A stretch of 64,000 nucleotides of DNA from Dehalococcoidia bacterium. Its GTDB lineage: Bacteria > Chloroflexota > Dehalococcoidia > Lucifugimonadales > UBA3495. Shown here piece by piece: positions 18,201 through 30,200 of this stretch. The DNA is taken from assembly GCA_965115825.1 (NCBI GenBank), contig OZ220464.1, positions 1,668,437-1,732,436 of the forward strand, in the 5' to 3' direction. Numbering within the stretch: position 1 is the first letter of the stretch; each line of letters begins with the position of its first letter. A program made the position numbers and the translations under genes. A model generated the notes under the pieces. The model saw only the letters and a program-made list of their open reading frames with translations, was not told where the DNA came from and made no database searches.

Positions 18201-21200
18201 GGTACAAGCGGGGTCTATCCCCGCGTGTGCGGGGGAACCAGGTCGCACCAGTGTTCAATCGCCGGCCTGGTGGGTCTATCCCCGCGTGTGCGGGGGAACC
18301 GCTCCCTCGCCTATGCCCCCGACCCCGAGGCGCGGTCTATCCCCGCGTGTGCGGGGGAACCGAGGGCAAGGACGATAACGCCCGCGTCATCCAGGTCTAT
18401 CCCCGCGTGTGCGGGGGAACCCTATGGAGGTCGTAAGAAATGGCGATTGACACCGGTCTATCCCCGCGTGTGCGGGGGAACCTCCGCCTTCGGCTTGGGC
18501 CGGGTGATGAACGTGGGTCTATCCCCGCGTGTGCGGGGGAACCGGGGACAATACCGTCATCACCACGCGGGGGGACGGTCTATCCCCGCGTGTGCGGGGG
18601 AACCAAGACCGGCAAATCATCCTGAACATAAGAGCCCGGTCTATCCCCGCGTGTGCGGGGGAACCGGTATCCGCTCACTAGCCAGCGGCACGACCCGAGG
18701 TCTATCCCCGCGTGTGCGGGGGAACCGCCGACAGCAGCAAGTCCCGCGCCGCCTCGGTCGGTCTATCCCCGCGTGTGCGGGGGAACCTCGGGCGGATTTG
18801 GCAGATTGATACACCAGCAAGGTCTATCCCCGCGTGTGCGGGGGAACCCTCTAGTCAGTCGCATTGGCATGAGACGCCTCCGGTCTATCCCCGCGTGTGC
18901 GGGGGAACCACCTTCATTGGCGATTTCGCTCGGTCAGTTCTCGGTCTATCCCCGCGTGTGCGGGGGAACCAACAGCAGGTCGGCGGCTTGGTGTTTCGGG
19001 CAGGGTCTATCCCCGCGTGTGCGGGGGAACCCCCGAAGGCAACCCCGTCGTCTACGCCCTGATGGGTCTATCCCCGCGTGTGCGGGGGAACCCCGGGCGA
19101 CATTGGTCGGGGGATACAGGAGACGGGTCTATCCCCGCGTGTGCGGGGGAACCCGCCTGGGCAACCTCCGCCGCCGTCAGCGTCAAGGTCTATCCCCGCG
19201 TGTGCGGGGGAACCAGTAGCCGGTCTATCCGGTCTCGGGCGTAGGCGGGTCTATCCCCGCGTGTGCGGGGGAACCACGATGTAGGGGTCGCGGGGCAACG
19301 GCTGATGGGGTCTATCCCCGCGTGTGCGGGGGAACCGGTAAATCACGCAATGCATCGTAATCGGGAAACGGTCTATCCCCGCGTGTGCGGGGGAACCTCG
19401 CAACTTTTGCCGTCCTAGCAGCAGGATATGGGTCTATCCCCGCGTGTGCGGGGGAACCAATGCTTATGATACCGGCGCGATACGTTGCGGAGGTCTATCC
19501 CCGCGTGTGCGGGGGAACCAAAAAGAGGGGGGCAAAAATGCCTACCATTGAGGGTCTATCCCCGCGTGTGCGGGGGAACCCGGCCCCGCAAGCATGACAG
19601 CCCGTCCGTGCGGGGTCTATCCCCGCGTGTGCGGGGGAACCGTAATGTATACATGTGCGATACCGATAGCATAGGGTCTATCCCCGCGTGTGCGGGGGAA
19701 CCCACGCCGGCCGAGGGCACATTCCGGAGGTGTCGGGTCTATCCCCGCGTGTGCGGGGGAACCGCGGTGGGGAGTCGCATGCTGCCGCAGCAGCGCGGTC
19801 TATCCCCGCGTGTGCGGGGGAACCACGGTGGGAAGATGGCGCTGGCAAGAGGGATCCGGTCTATCCCCGCGTGTGCGGGGGAACCGACCTGCTGAGCTGC
19901 AAGAGCTGCGGCAGCCGCGGTCTATCCCCGCGTGTGCGGGGGAACCTAGCTATAGAAGGACGGGGGCGCCAGGAGCGTCGGTCTATCCCCGCGTGTGCGG
20001 GGGAACCCTGCTTACCGACGCGGCGGATAAGGCGGCGGCCGGTCTATCCCCGCGTGTGCGGGGGAACCTACCGCTGGCCGCTCCATTTTGGGCCCCCGGA
20101 AGGTCTATCCCCGCGTGTGCGGGGGAACCGCGCCGTAAGCAAGCCGGCCCGCGCCGTTGAGCGGTCTATCCCCGCGTGTGCGGGGGAACCGACATCGCGG
20201 AGACTGCGGGGGTGCCGGCGCGGGGTCTATCCCCGCGTGTGCGGGGGAACCGGTTCCGGCTTTCGCAAGGGCTTGAGGCTATGCGGTCTATCCCCGCGTG
20301 TGCGGGGGAACCTTTTGATGAGGTCAATGGGGTTCATGATGCTCCGGTCTATCCCCGCGTGTGCGGGGGAACCCTGATGTGGCAACCCCGGCACAGCGTC
20401 CGGAGGGGTCTATCCCCGCGTGTGCGGGGGAACCCCAGTGCTCGTCCCCATCGGGACGGGTGCCCAGGGTCTATCCCCGCGTGTGCGGGGGAACCAACTG
20501 GGTCCCTATCGGCGCGCCGGTATTGAGAGGTCTATCCCCGCGTGTGCGGGGGAACCCCCCGTTGGGCATGCAGACAGAAGCGTTGCGCTGGTCTATCCCC
20601 GCGTGTGCGGGGGAACCGTCAGCGGTCTTCAGGAGGCAGAGGTTACAGGAGGTCTATCCCCGCGTGTGCGGGGGAACCCTGACGCCGGTCATCATCGCCC
20701 TGACGCCGGCGGGTCTATCCCCGCGTGTGCGGGGGAACCCTTGAGACTAGCCTCCGGGCCGCCGAGCGGGAGGGTCTATCCCCGCGTGTGCGGGGGAACC
20801 TCGCCGCCCGCCGGCAGCACCTTCGCGTCCAAAGGTCTATCCCCGCGTGTGCGGGGGAACCCGCTCCTCTATCCAGTCGAGGCCCTCCCGCACCGGTCTA
20901 TCCCCGCGTGTGCGGGGGAACCCGAAACCAGTTGTGTACAGCAAGGACTGCTACAGGTCTATCCCCGCGTGTGCGGGGGAACCAACTGGGTCCCTATCGG
21001 CGCGCCGGTATTGAGAGGTCTATCCCCGCGTGTGCGGGGGAACCCACCATACCTCGCAGTTGAAGTCCGACGGGATGGGTCTATCCCCGCGTGTGCGGGG
21101 GAACCATGCCGTCCCCGCGCCCCGCCGCCCCGTGCCGGGGTCTATCCCCGCGTGTGCGGGGGAACCAGCTTCACATGCACCACGCCGGCCGAGGGCACAG

Positions 21201-24200
21201 GTCTATCCCCGCGTGTGCGGGGGAACCCTAGGACGGCAAAAGTTGCGACTGGCAATGATGGGTCTATCCCCGCGTGTGCGGGGGAACCGCGCCAGTGTTG
21301 ACGTCGCTGCCGGCCTCCGCAGGTCTATCCCCGCGTGTGCGGGGGAACCGTGGCCATGGCATTCCAGTTCGCCACTTGCGTGGGTCTATCCCCGCGTGTG
21401 CGGGGGAACCGGCCCGGCCCGTTGGCCGATTACGCCGGCAAAGGGTCTATCCCCGCGTGTGCGGGGGAACCTCACGCCCCATCCCCGGGGGTTCATCCGG
21501 GAGGGGTCTATCCCCGCGTGTGCGGGGGAACCAACTATCACGATTGGCAACATCGCCGCCGCCGAGGTCTATCCCCGCGTGTGCGGGGGAACCTTGAAGT
21601 CCGACGGGATGTTGCCGCCGGCGAAAGGTCTATCCCCGCGTGTGCGGGGGAACCTAAGTCGCTCCACCGCCCACAAGGCCGCCAACTGGTCTATCCCCGC
21701 GTGTGCGGGGGAACCGCCGCGCCGCGTCGGTATGCCATAGCATCGCGGGGTCTATCCCCGCGTGTGCGGGGGAACCCCGGCCCGGCCCGTCGGTTACCAG
21801 GGCCGGAGCGGTCTATCCCCGCGTGTGCGGGGGAACCCTTCGGGCCGCCGCATTCGGGGCATAGGTACAGGGTCTATCCCCGCGTGTGCGGGGGAACCCG
21901 ATGTAACGCAGGGGCACGAGGTTGCGATCCGGGTCTATCCCCGCGTGTGCGGGGGAACCCCGGATACCGCTACCGGACTACCATGGGGTCAGGGTCTATC
22001 CCCGCGTGTGCGGGGGAACCCGTCTGATTTACCGCGACCCCCGCACTTATTACGGTCTATCCCCGCGTGTGCGGGGGAACCCCCACGCCTTGGGCCTGCA
22101 TCAGGATGTCCAGCGGTCTATCCCCGCGTGTGCGGGGGAACCGGTCGTGGTGGTACATCCGTCAGTACGACTCGGGGTCTATCCCCGCGTGTGCGGGGGA
22201 ACCCTTCGGGCCGCCGCAATCGGGGCATAGGTAACGGGTCTATCCCCGCGTGTGCGGGGGAACCCTTGGACGTATAGGCCTTCGGGCCGCCGCATTCGGT
22301 CTATCCCCGCGTGTGCGGGGGAACCTTGACTTGCTGGCGATCAGTCCAGCAAGCCGGAGGTCTATCCCCGCGTGTGCGGGGGAACCAGCGGCGGCGGCGG
22401 CCAACGCGGGCCGGGCCGGGGTCTATCCCCGCGTGTGCGGGGGAACCACGCAGGCGTAGCATACCGCCACATTGCGGGGGGGTCTATCCCCGCGTGTGCG
22501 GGGGAACCGTCATCGCGAATGTCCACCACCTTCGTGATGAAGGTCTATCCCCGCGTGTGCGGGGGAACCCAGTAGTCGCAGACGAGGGCCAGACGAGGGG
22601 TGGGTCTATCCCCGCGTGTGCGGGGGAACCTGGCCGGTGAGCTGGTGAACCCCCCGCGTCAACGGTCTATCCCCGCGTGTGCGGGGGAACCTGATTTTCT
22701 CGCCGCCAATTTTGCCAATGGAAGGGTCTATCCCCGCGTGTGCGGGGGAACCTGGCCGGTGAGCTGGTGAACCCCCCGCGTCAACGGTCTATCCCCGCGT
22801 GTGCGGGGGAACCGAGGTCAATCGGGTTCATGATGTTCTCCTATTGGGTCTATCCCCGCGTGTGCGGGGGAACCATTGAGCACTGGTGCGACCTGTTGGG
22901 CCTCGGGGGTCTATCCCCGCGTGTGCGGGGGAACCCGTGAAGGCGCACCTGGAACCGACGCACCAGACGGTCTATCCCCGCGTGTGCGGGGGAACCTGCC
23001 CCGGGTAGCCGATGGCGGCGTGAAAATAGGGTCTATCCCCGCGTGTGCGGGGGAACCACCTATGGTGTCAACAGCCCCGCCCGGGTAGCGGGTCTATCCC
23101 CGCGTGTGCGGGGGAACCGAACGCAAGCGGCGGCTGCGGCGGGGGATGGACGGTCTATCCCCGCGTGTGCGGGGGAACCACGGGGATGCTCAAAAAGGTA
23201 TGTCCGTCAATGGGTCTATCCCCGCGTGTGCGGGGGAACCTGCCACCCGTCCCGGTCAATGCGACGCATTAAGGGTCTATCCCCGCGTGTGCGGGGGAAC
23301 CTGGATGGACGCGATAGCCGGCCGCCCGCCCGGCGTGTCTATCCCCGCGTGTGCGGGGGAACCTGCCACTCCGTGCCGGGGGCGTCGGGGGTAATGGGTC
23401 TATCCCCGCGTGTGCGGGGGAACCCGGCCCGCGACGTGGACGCCGACTGGATTTGCAGGTCTATCCCCGCGTGTGCGGGGGAACCAGCCTGAGGGTCATA
23501 ACTGCGGACTGCTCGAACGGTCTATCCCCGCGTGTGCGGGGGAACCATCGTCGCCGCCGGACGATGCGCCGGCGGGAAGGGTCTATCCCCGCGTGTGCGG
23601 GGGAACCCCCCAGGTCTCGTGGTACAGGCGGGATTCGACGGGTCTATCCCCGCGTGTGCGGGGGAACCTCCGTCCATCATCAGTCCACCCATCCGCCGCG
23701 CGGTCTATCCCCGCGTGTGCGGGGGAACCCCGTCGCCTGCGCGACCCTGACCGGCCCAGTGGGGTCTATCCCCGCGTGTGCGGGGGAACCACCGCCCACA
23801 CCTCGAAAGTGTGATAGCCCGGAGGTCTATCCCCGCGTGTGCGGGGGAACCGATGTCCAGCTTGGTCTCGATTACGGCCAGCCGGGTCTATCCCCGCGTG
23901 TGCGGGGGAACCCGACATCGCCGCTGAAAATGACCTCAAAGGCAGGGTCTATCCCCGCGTGTGCGGGGGAACCGGGACGGGCGGCTTGTCAGCGGTCAAT
24001 GCGTGGGGTCTATCCCCGCGTGTGCGGGGGAACCGCGTGCCGAAAGCGGCCAGTGAGTAGCGCATAGGGTCTATCCCCGCGTGTGCGGGGGAACCACTGC
24101 CATAGTGCGCCGTCCAGTCGGGCGGCAGGGTCTATCCCCGCGTGTGCGGGGGAACCTAGGCAGGGCCGCCACGCGGCCCGCTCCATTTGGGTCTATCCCC

Positions 24201-27200
24201 GCGTGTGCGGGGGAACCTCGGGGGGACACGCCGGGGCGCGACATGCTGCAGGTCTATCCCCGCGTGTGCGGGGGAACCGCAGCCGCACGGGACAAGCAGT
24301 CCCAACCTGGGGGTCTATCCCCGCGTGTGCGGGGGAACCGCCGCTTGCGTGGCGCCGTGCATGTACAACATCGGTCTATCCCCGCGTGTGCGGGGGAACC
24401 GGCATTCAGCGGGCTCAACCGAACGGTCGGCAGGGTCTATCCCCGCGTGTGCGGGGGAACCCCGATAGCATAGCAATGTGGCCAGCGCGTCCACGGTCTA
24501 TCCCCGCGTGTGCGGGGGAACCAGCATGACTTTAGGCTTGTCGCCGGGCAGGTATGGTCTATCCCCGCGTGTGCGGGGGAACCCCGTTGGCGGTAGCGAT
24601 GTAGGCGGTCAGCGCGGGTCTATCCCCGCGTGTGCGGGGGAACCCCGTCGCTGGTCCCTGGACGCAGCTCGATGTACGGTCTATCCCCGCGTGTGCGGGG
24701 GAACCTGGCCGACGTCAAGGAGGAGCTCGAAAAAGAGAGGTCTATCCCCGCGTGTGCGGGGGAACCATGTGTCGCAGCTCCGTGCTCCCCGGAGTCCGGG
24801 GTCTATCCCCGCGTGTGCGGGGGAACCCCGATCTTCTCGAGGATCGTCTGCGGATTTTGAGGTCTATCCCCGCGTGTGCGGGGGAACCCCTCCCGGATAA
24901 ACCCCCGGGGATGGGGGGTGAGGTCTATCCCCGCGTGTGCGGGGGAACCCCGTTTGAGGGCGAAAGAGAGGGAACGCAGGCCGGTCTATCCCCGCGTGTG
25001 CGGGGGAACCAACCCAACGTCGGGAGGATGGAACTGCCGACCGGGTCTATCCCCGCGTGTGCGGGGGAACCCCAAACCGGCGCCCTGGACACCGCAGGCC
25101 CGGAGGTCTATCCCCGCGTGTGCGGGGGAACCCCCAGCGGCATTCCGAACGCCGATCGCAACGACGGTCTATCCCCGCGTGTGCGGGGGAACCGTTCCGA
25201 ACGCCGACCGCAACGACTTGCTGGCGGGTCTATCCCCGCGTGTGCGGGGGAACCACCCCAACGTCGGCAGAATAGAACTCCCGACCGGGTCTATCCCCGC
25301 GTGTGCGGGGGAACCCGTTCGGGACGCCGCCGGGCAGCATTATTTTGAGGTCTATCCCCGCGTGTGCGGGGGAACCCCTTTGCCCGTATGGGCGTTCTCG
25401 TAGACCAGGGGTCTATCCCCGCGTGTGCGGGGGAACCATTGAACACTGGTGCGACCTGCTGGGCTACGGCGGTCTATCCCCGCGTGTGCGGGGGAACCTC
25501 CTTTGAGCAGTTGGGTAAGGGCGTTGATGGCGGTCTATCCCCGCGTGTGCGGGGGAACCCCCGCAGAACGAACCCCAAAGCGGCGCCGAAAGGGTCTATC
25601 CCCGCGTGTGCGGGGGAACCACCGCCATAGACCACCAGCAAGCCCCCGGGCAAGGTCTATCCCCGCGTGTGCGGGGGAACCGTGTCGCTATCAGAACCAG
25701 CGTCTCAACCGTCGGGTCTATCCCCGCGTGTGCGGGGGAACCCCCAGTGCCAATCCTGTTCGGCAAGGGGGCGGAGGTCTATCCCCGCGTGTGCGGGGGA
25801 ACCGTCCCCGGAGCTGCCCAAGCTGCCTTGCCGGAGGGTCTATCCCCGCGTGTGCGGGGGAACCGGTCATAGCCCGTGATAAGCCGGGGATAGATGCGGT
25901 CTATCCCCGCGTGTGCGGGGGAACCGGAGCGTCGGTTGGCGGGGCGGGCGTACCAGCCGGTCTATCCCCGCGTGTGCGGGGGAACCCCAAACTGTTCGAC
26001 GTTACGCAGGGGCACGAGGGGTCTATCCCCGCGTGTGCGGGGGAACCGGGGCAAAAAGTGACAACCGTCTCGCAGTACGAGGTCTATCCCCGCGTGTGCG
26101 GGGGAACCCCCCATTGACCTCATCAAAAAAATCGTCCTGGGGGTCTATCCCCGCGTGTGCGGGGGAACCCCACCCTGGCTGAAAAGTTCGAGCAGTCCGC
26201 AGGGTCTATCCCCGCGTGTGCGGGGGAACCACCCACCGATGGAAACCACCAGCGCCAGCAAGAGGTCTATCCCCGCGTGTGCGGGGGAACCTCGGCCTTC
26301 AATTCCTTGAGGTTGCCCGTCGTCGGTCTATCCCCGCGTGTGCGGGGGAACCGTCGTAACTCCCACCGGCTCCGGCGGGTGTCGGGGTCTATCCCCGCGT
26401 GTGCGGGGGAACCGCGGCGGGATGCTATCGCCATTCATCCCTCCTCGGTCTATCCCCGCGTGTGCGGGGGAACCGCCCCGAACAGCTCATGATGAAGTGG
26501 CTGGAAAGGTCTATCCCCGCGTGTGCGGGGGAACCCGCTTGGAGTCGAGATGGATTTTGCCGACGTGAGGTCTATCCCCGCGTGTGCGGGGGAACCCATC
26601 AGGTCGTCTATCACCTCGTCCAGCGGCACGGTCTATCCCCGCGTGTGCGGGGGAACCCCTCCGGGCCGGAGGGGTGGCATCAAAAGGAGGGGTCTATCCC
26701 CGCGTGTGCGGGGGAACCCGCCAGCAGGTCGTTGCGGTCGGCGTTCGGGACGGTCTATCCCCGCGTGTGCGGGGGAACCGGGTTCACCCATACCCAAGGC
26801 CGGGTCAATGCGGGTCTATCCCCGCGTGTGCGGGGGAACCCCGCTCCTCCGTCTGGCCGCTGAATATCGAGACGGTCTATCCCCGCGTGTGCGGGGGAAC
26901 CAGCGAGGCGTGGAACGAGCTGTACGAACAGGCGGGTCTATCCCCGCGTGTGCGGGGGAACCGACAGGACAGGCTATGATATAGTCAACGGCATGGGTCT
27001 ATCCCCGCGTGTGCGGGGGAACCAAGCCGTATGACGCCCCGGAGTTCGCCGATGGGGGTCTATCCCCGCGTGTGCGGGGGAACCTGTACCAGGAGTTGGT
27101 GTCCACGCAATGAAGGTGGTCTATCCCCGCGTGTGCGGGGGAACCCCGGGCGGTCGGTCAAAATCGGGTGGGCCGACGGGTCTATCCCCGCGTGTGCGGG

Positions 27201-30200
27201 GGAACCTTCTCCGTCTTCGGTTCGCCGCAATCAATGCAGGGTCTATCCCCGCGTGTGCGGGGGAACCCCGCCACACTGGCATTGACTGCCATGTACCCGG
27301 GGTCTATCCCCGCGTGTGCGGGGGAACCAAAATGGCTATCGACACATTTGCCCCCCAGTACGGTCTATCCCCGCGTGTGCGGGGGAACCGGGTTGACCCA
27401 TACCCAAGGCCTGGTCAATGCGGGTCTATCCCCGCGTGTGCGGGGGAACCCGGCCGTGTCTCGTACTGCACCCCCAGCACGCCGGTCTATCCCCGCGTGT
27501 GCGGGGGAACCGCAAGCGCCGGCGCCAACATCACCGGCGCTCACGGTCTATCCCCGCGTGTGCGGGGGAACCCCAGGGCGGGACATGTTGCACTTCGCCA
27601 TCGGGGGTCTATCCCCGCGTGTGCGGGGGAACCCCTCCGGGCCGGAGGGGTGGCATCAAAAGGAGGGGTCTATCCCCGCGTGTGCGGGGGAACCTCAAAC
27701 CGGCGGCGGACACCAAGGTTGGTATAGGGTCTATCCCCGCGTGTGCGGGGGAACCTACGACCAGGAGTACACGCTCACCATCGACCAGGGTCTATCCCCG
27801 CGTGTGCGGGGGAACCCTCTAAGCAGGGCCACGCGGGCCGCTCCATTTGGGTCTATCCCCGCGTGTGCGGGGGAACCAGGTGCCTTTCGGTGGCGGTTTG
27901 GGAGAGTATCGGTCTATCCCCGCGTGTGCGGGGGAACCATGGTGAAGACGTGGAAGCCGGGTTCCGGCTCGGGTCTATCCCCGCGTGTGCGGGGGAACCC
28001 GTAATCGGCGGCAAGCCCCCCGGCGCGAGCGGGGTCTATCCCCGCGTGTGCGGGGGAACCGCTGCTGGGCGAGGCGGATACCGAGCAGGGGACGGTCTAT
28101 CCCCGCGTGTGCGGGGGAACCAGGCCGCGTCAATGCGTTCGGGTCTTCCGCCAGGGTCTATCCCCGCGTGTGCGGGGGAACCGGTCGGGGTGGAGACGGC
28201 GCCGTCGCCTGAGGAGGTCTATCCCCGCGTGTGCGGGGGAACCACATACGCCGCAACCAGTCCAGCGCGCCAGGAGGGTCTATCCCCGCGTGTGCGGGGG
28301 AACCATGAGCCGGTCGGCGATATAGTCGATATCGGCCGGTCTATCCCCGCGTGTGCGGGGGAACCAGGCCGGCGTATCCCCGCACCACCCCGGCGGCGGG
28401 TCTATCCCCGCGTGTGCGGGGGAACCTACTCCAAGTGGGAGTACGTGATGCGGATGAAGGGTCTATCCCCGCGTGTGCGGGGGAACCATGCTGGACATCA
28501 ACACCAACATTCGCAATGAGGGTCTATCCCCGCGTGTGCGGGGGAACCCTGCTGGTCTGGGTGGCGGTTGGCGACGGGCATGGTCTATCCCCGCGTGTGC
28601 GGGGGAACCAACCGCCGGCGCAATAACGCCCCATCCTCGCGGGGTCTATCCCCGCGTGTGCGGGGGAACCTCCGGGCGGCCAAAATGGAGCGCCCAGCGG
28701 TAGGGTCTATCCCCGCGTGTGCGGGGGAACCATGTCGGACTCCACTATATAAATAGGAAGGATCGGTCTATCCCCGCGTGTGCGGGGGAACCTATCCTCC
28801 TGGTGATGTATGCGGCGCCGGGGACGGTCTATCCCCGCGTGTGCGGGGGAACCATGGCGCAGTACATGATGCAGGCCGACCGGGAGGGTCTATCCCCGCG
28901 TGTGCGGGGGAACCGCGGCCCGGCACCTGTTCGAGATCACTTTGGAGGGTCTATCCCCGCGTGTGCGGGGGAACCCCGCCCAAAATGCCGGCGGGCGCCG
29001 GGGTGTCGGGTCTATCCCCGCGTGTGCGGGGGAACCTAGATAGCGGCGATTTTGGCTTTGATAGTTTCGGGTCTATCCCCGCGTGTGCGGGGGAACCGCG
29101 CGGCATTCTCGGCGGGTCAGTGGAGGCAGGGGTCTATCCCCGCGTGTGCGGGGGAACCCCGCCGCAAGCCGAAGCGGCCGGCGTGGTTCGCGGTCTATCC
29201 CCGCGTGTGCGGGGGAACCCGTAATGAACGACTGGGTCAGCCGACGTACCGCGGTCTATCCCCGCGTGTGCGGGGGAACCCAGCTCCGCTATCCGCTGCT
29301 GCGAGGCCAGACGGGTCTATCCCCGCGTGTGCGGGGGAACCCATCAGCTCGTCCAGCACCTCGTCCAGCGGAACGGTCTATCCCCGCGTGTGCGGGGGAA
29401 CCCCCGGCGGCACTCCCTCACCATCCGACGCCGGAGGTCTATCCCCGCGTGTGCGGGGGAACCCCCGATATGGCCTTACTATGCGACGCAGTGGACGGTC
29501 TATCCCCGCGTGTGCGGGGGAACCGTAGGCAGTAACGGCCTGGTCAACAACTTTAACGGTCTATCCCCGCGTGTGCGGGGGAACCCCTGGTCGACGAACG
29601 GCTCGTCCGCCCACCCGAGGTCTATCCCCGCGTGTGCGGGGGAACCGACAAGCCTAAAGTCATGCTGGGACCCAAGCCCGGTCTATCCCCGCGTGTGCGG
29701 GGGAACCGAGTCCACATAGATACCGCTGCCCAACTGCGGCGGTCTATCCCCGCGTGTGCGGGGGAACCTAGCCATGCCGGTAGGCGCCGGTCGGGGTGCA
29801 GGGTCTATCCCCGCGTGTGCGGGGGAACCCCTCCCGGATGAACCCCCGGGGATGGGGCGTGAGGTCTATCCCCGCGTGTGCGGGGGAACCCCTGCCTTGC
29901 TGCTGCTGGCCGTCAACGGCAGCGGTCTATCCCCGCGTGTGCGGGGGAACCGTCGATAGCCATTTTTCAATCACCTCTAAGCAGGGTCTATCCCCGCGTG
30001 TGCGGGGGAACCGCCACCTATGCCCGGGGCACAAATATGACCGACGGTCTATCCCCGCGTGTGCGGGGGAACCGCCCCGAACAGCTCATGATGAAGTGGC
30101 TGGAAAGGTCTATCCCCGCGTGTGCGGGGGAACCATAGTGCGGGTGCTGTACAAGCTGGCCGAATAGGGTCTATCCCCGCGTGTGCGGGGGAACCGTGGG

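Noticed and set aside
19222-19230. Spacer 19215..19247 contains GGTCTATCC, the first 9 nt of the repeat.
   Set aside because: Only 9 nt match and the flanks do not continue the repeat. Across about 11 kb of spacer sequence a chance 9-mer is not very unlikely. The array period is undisturbed.
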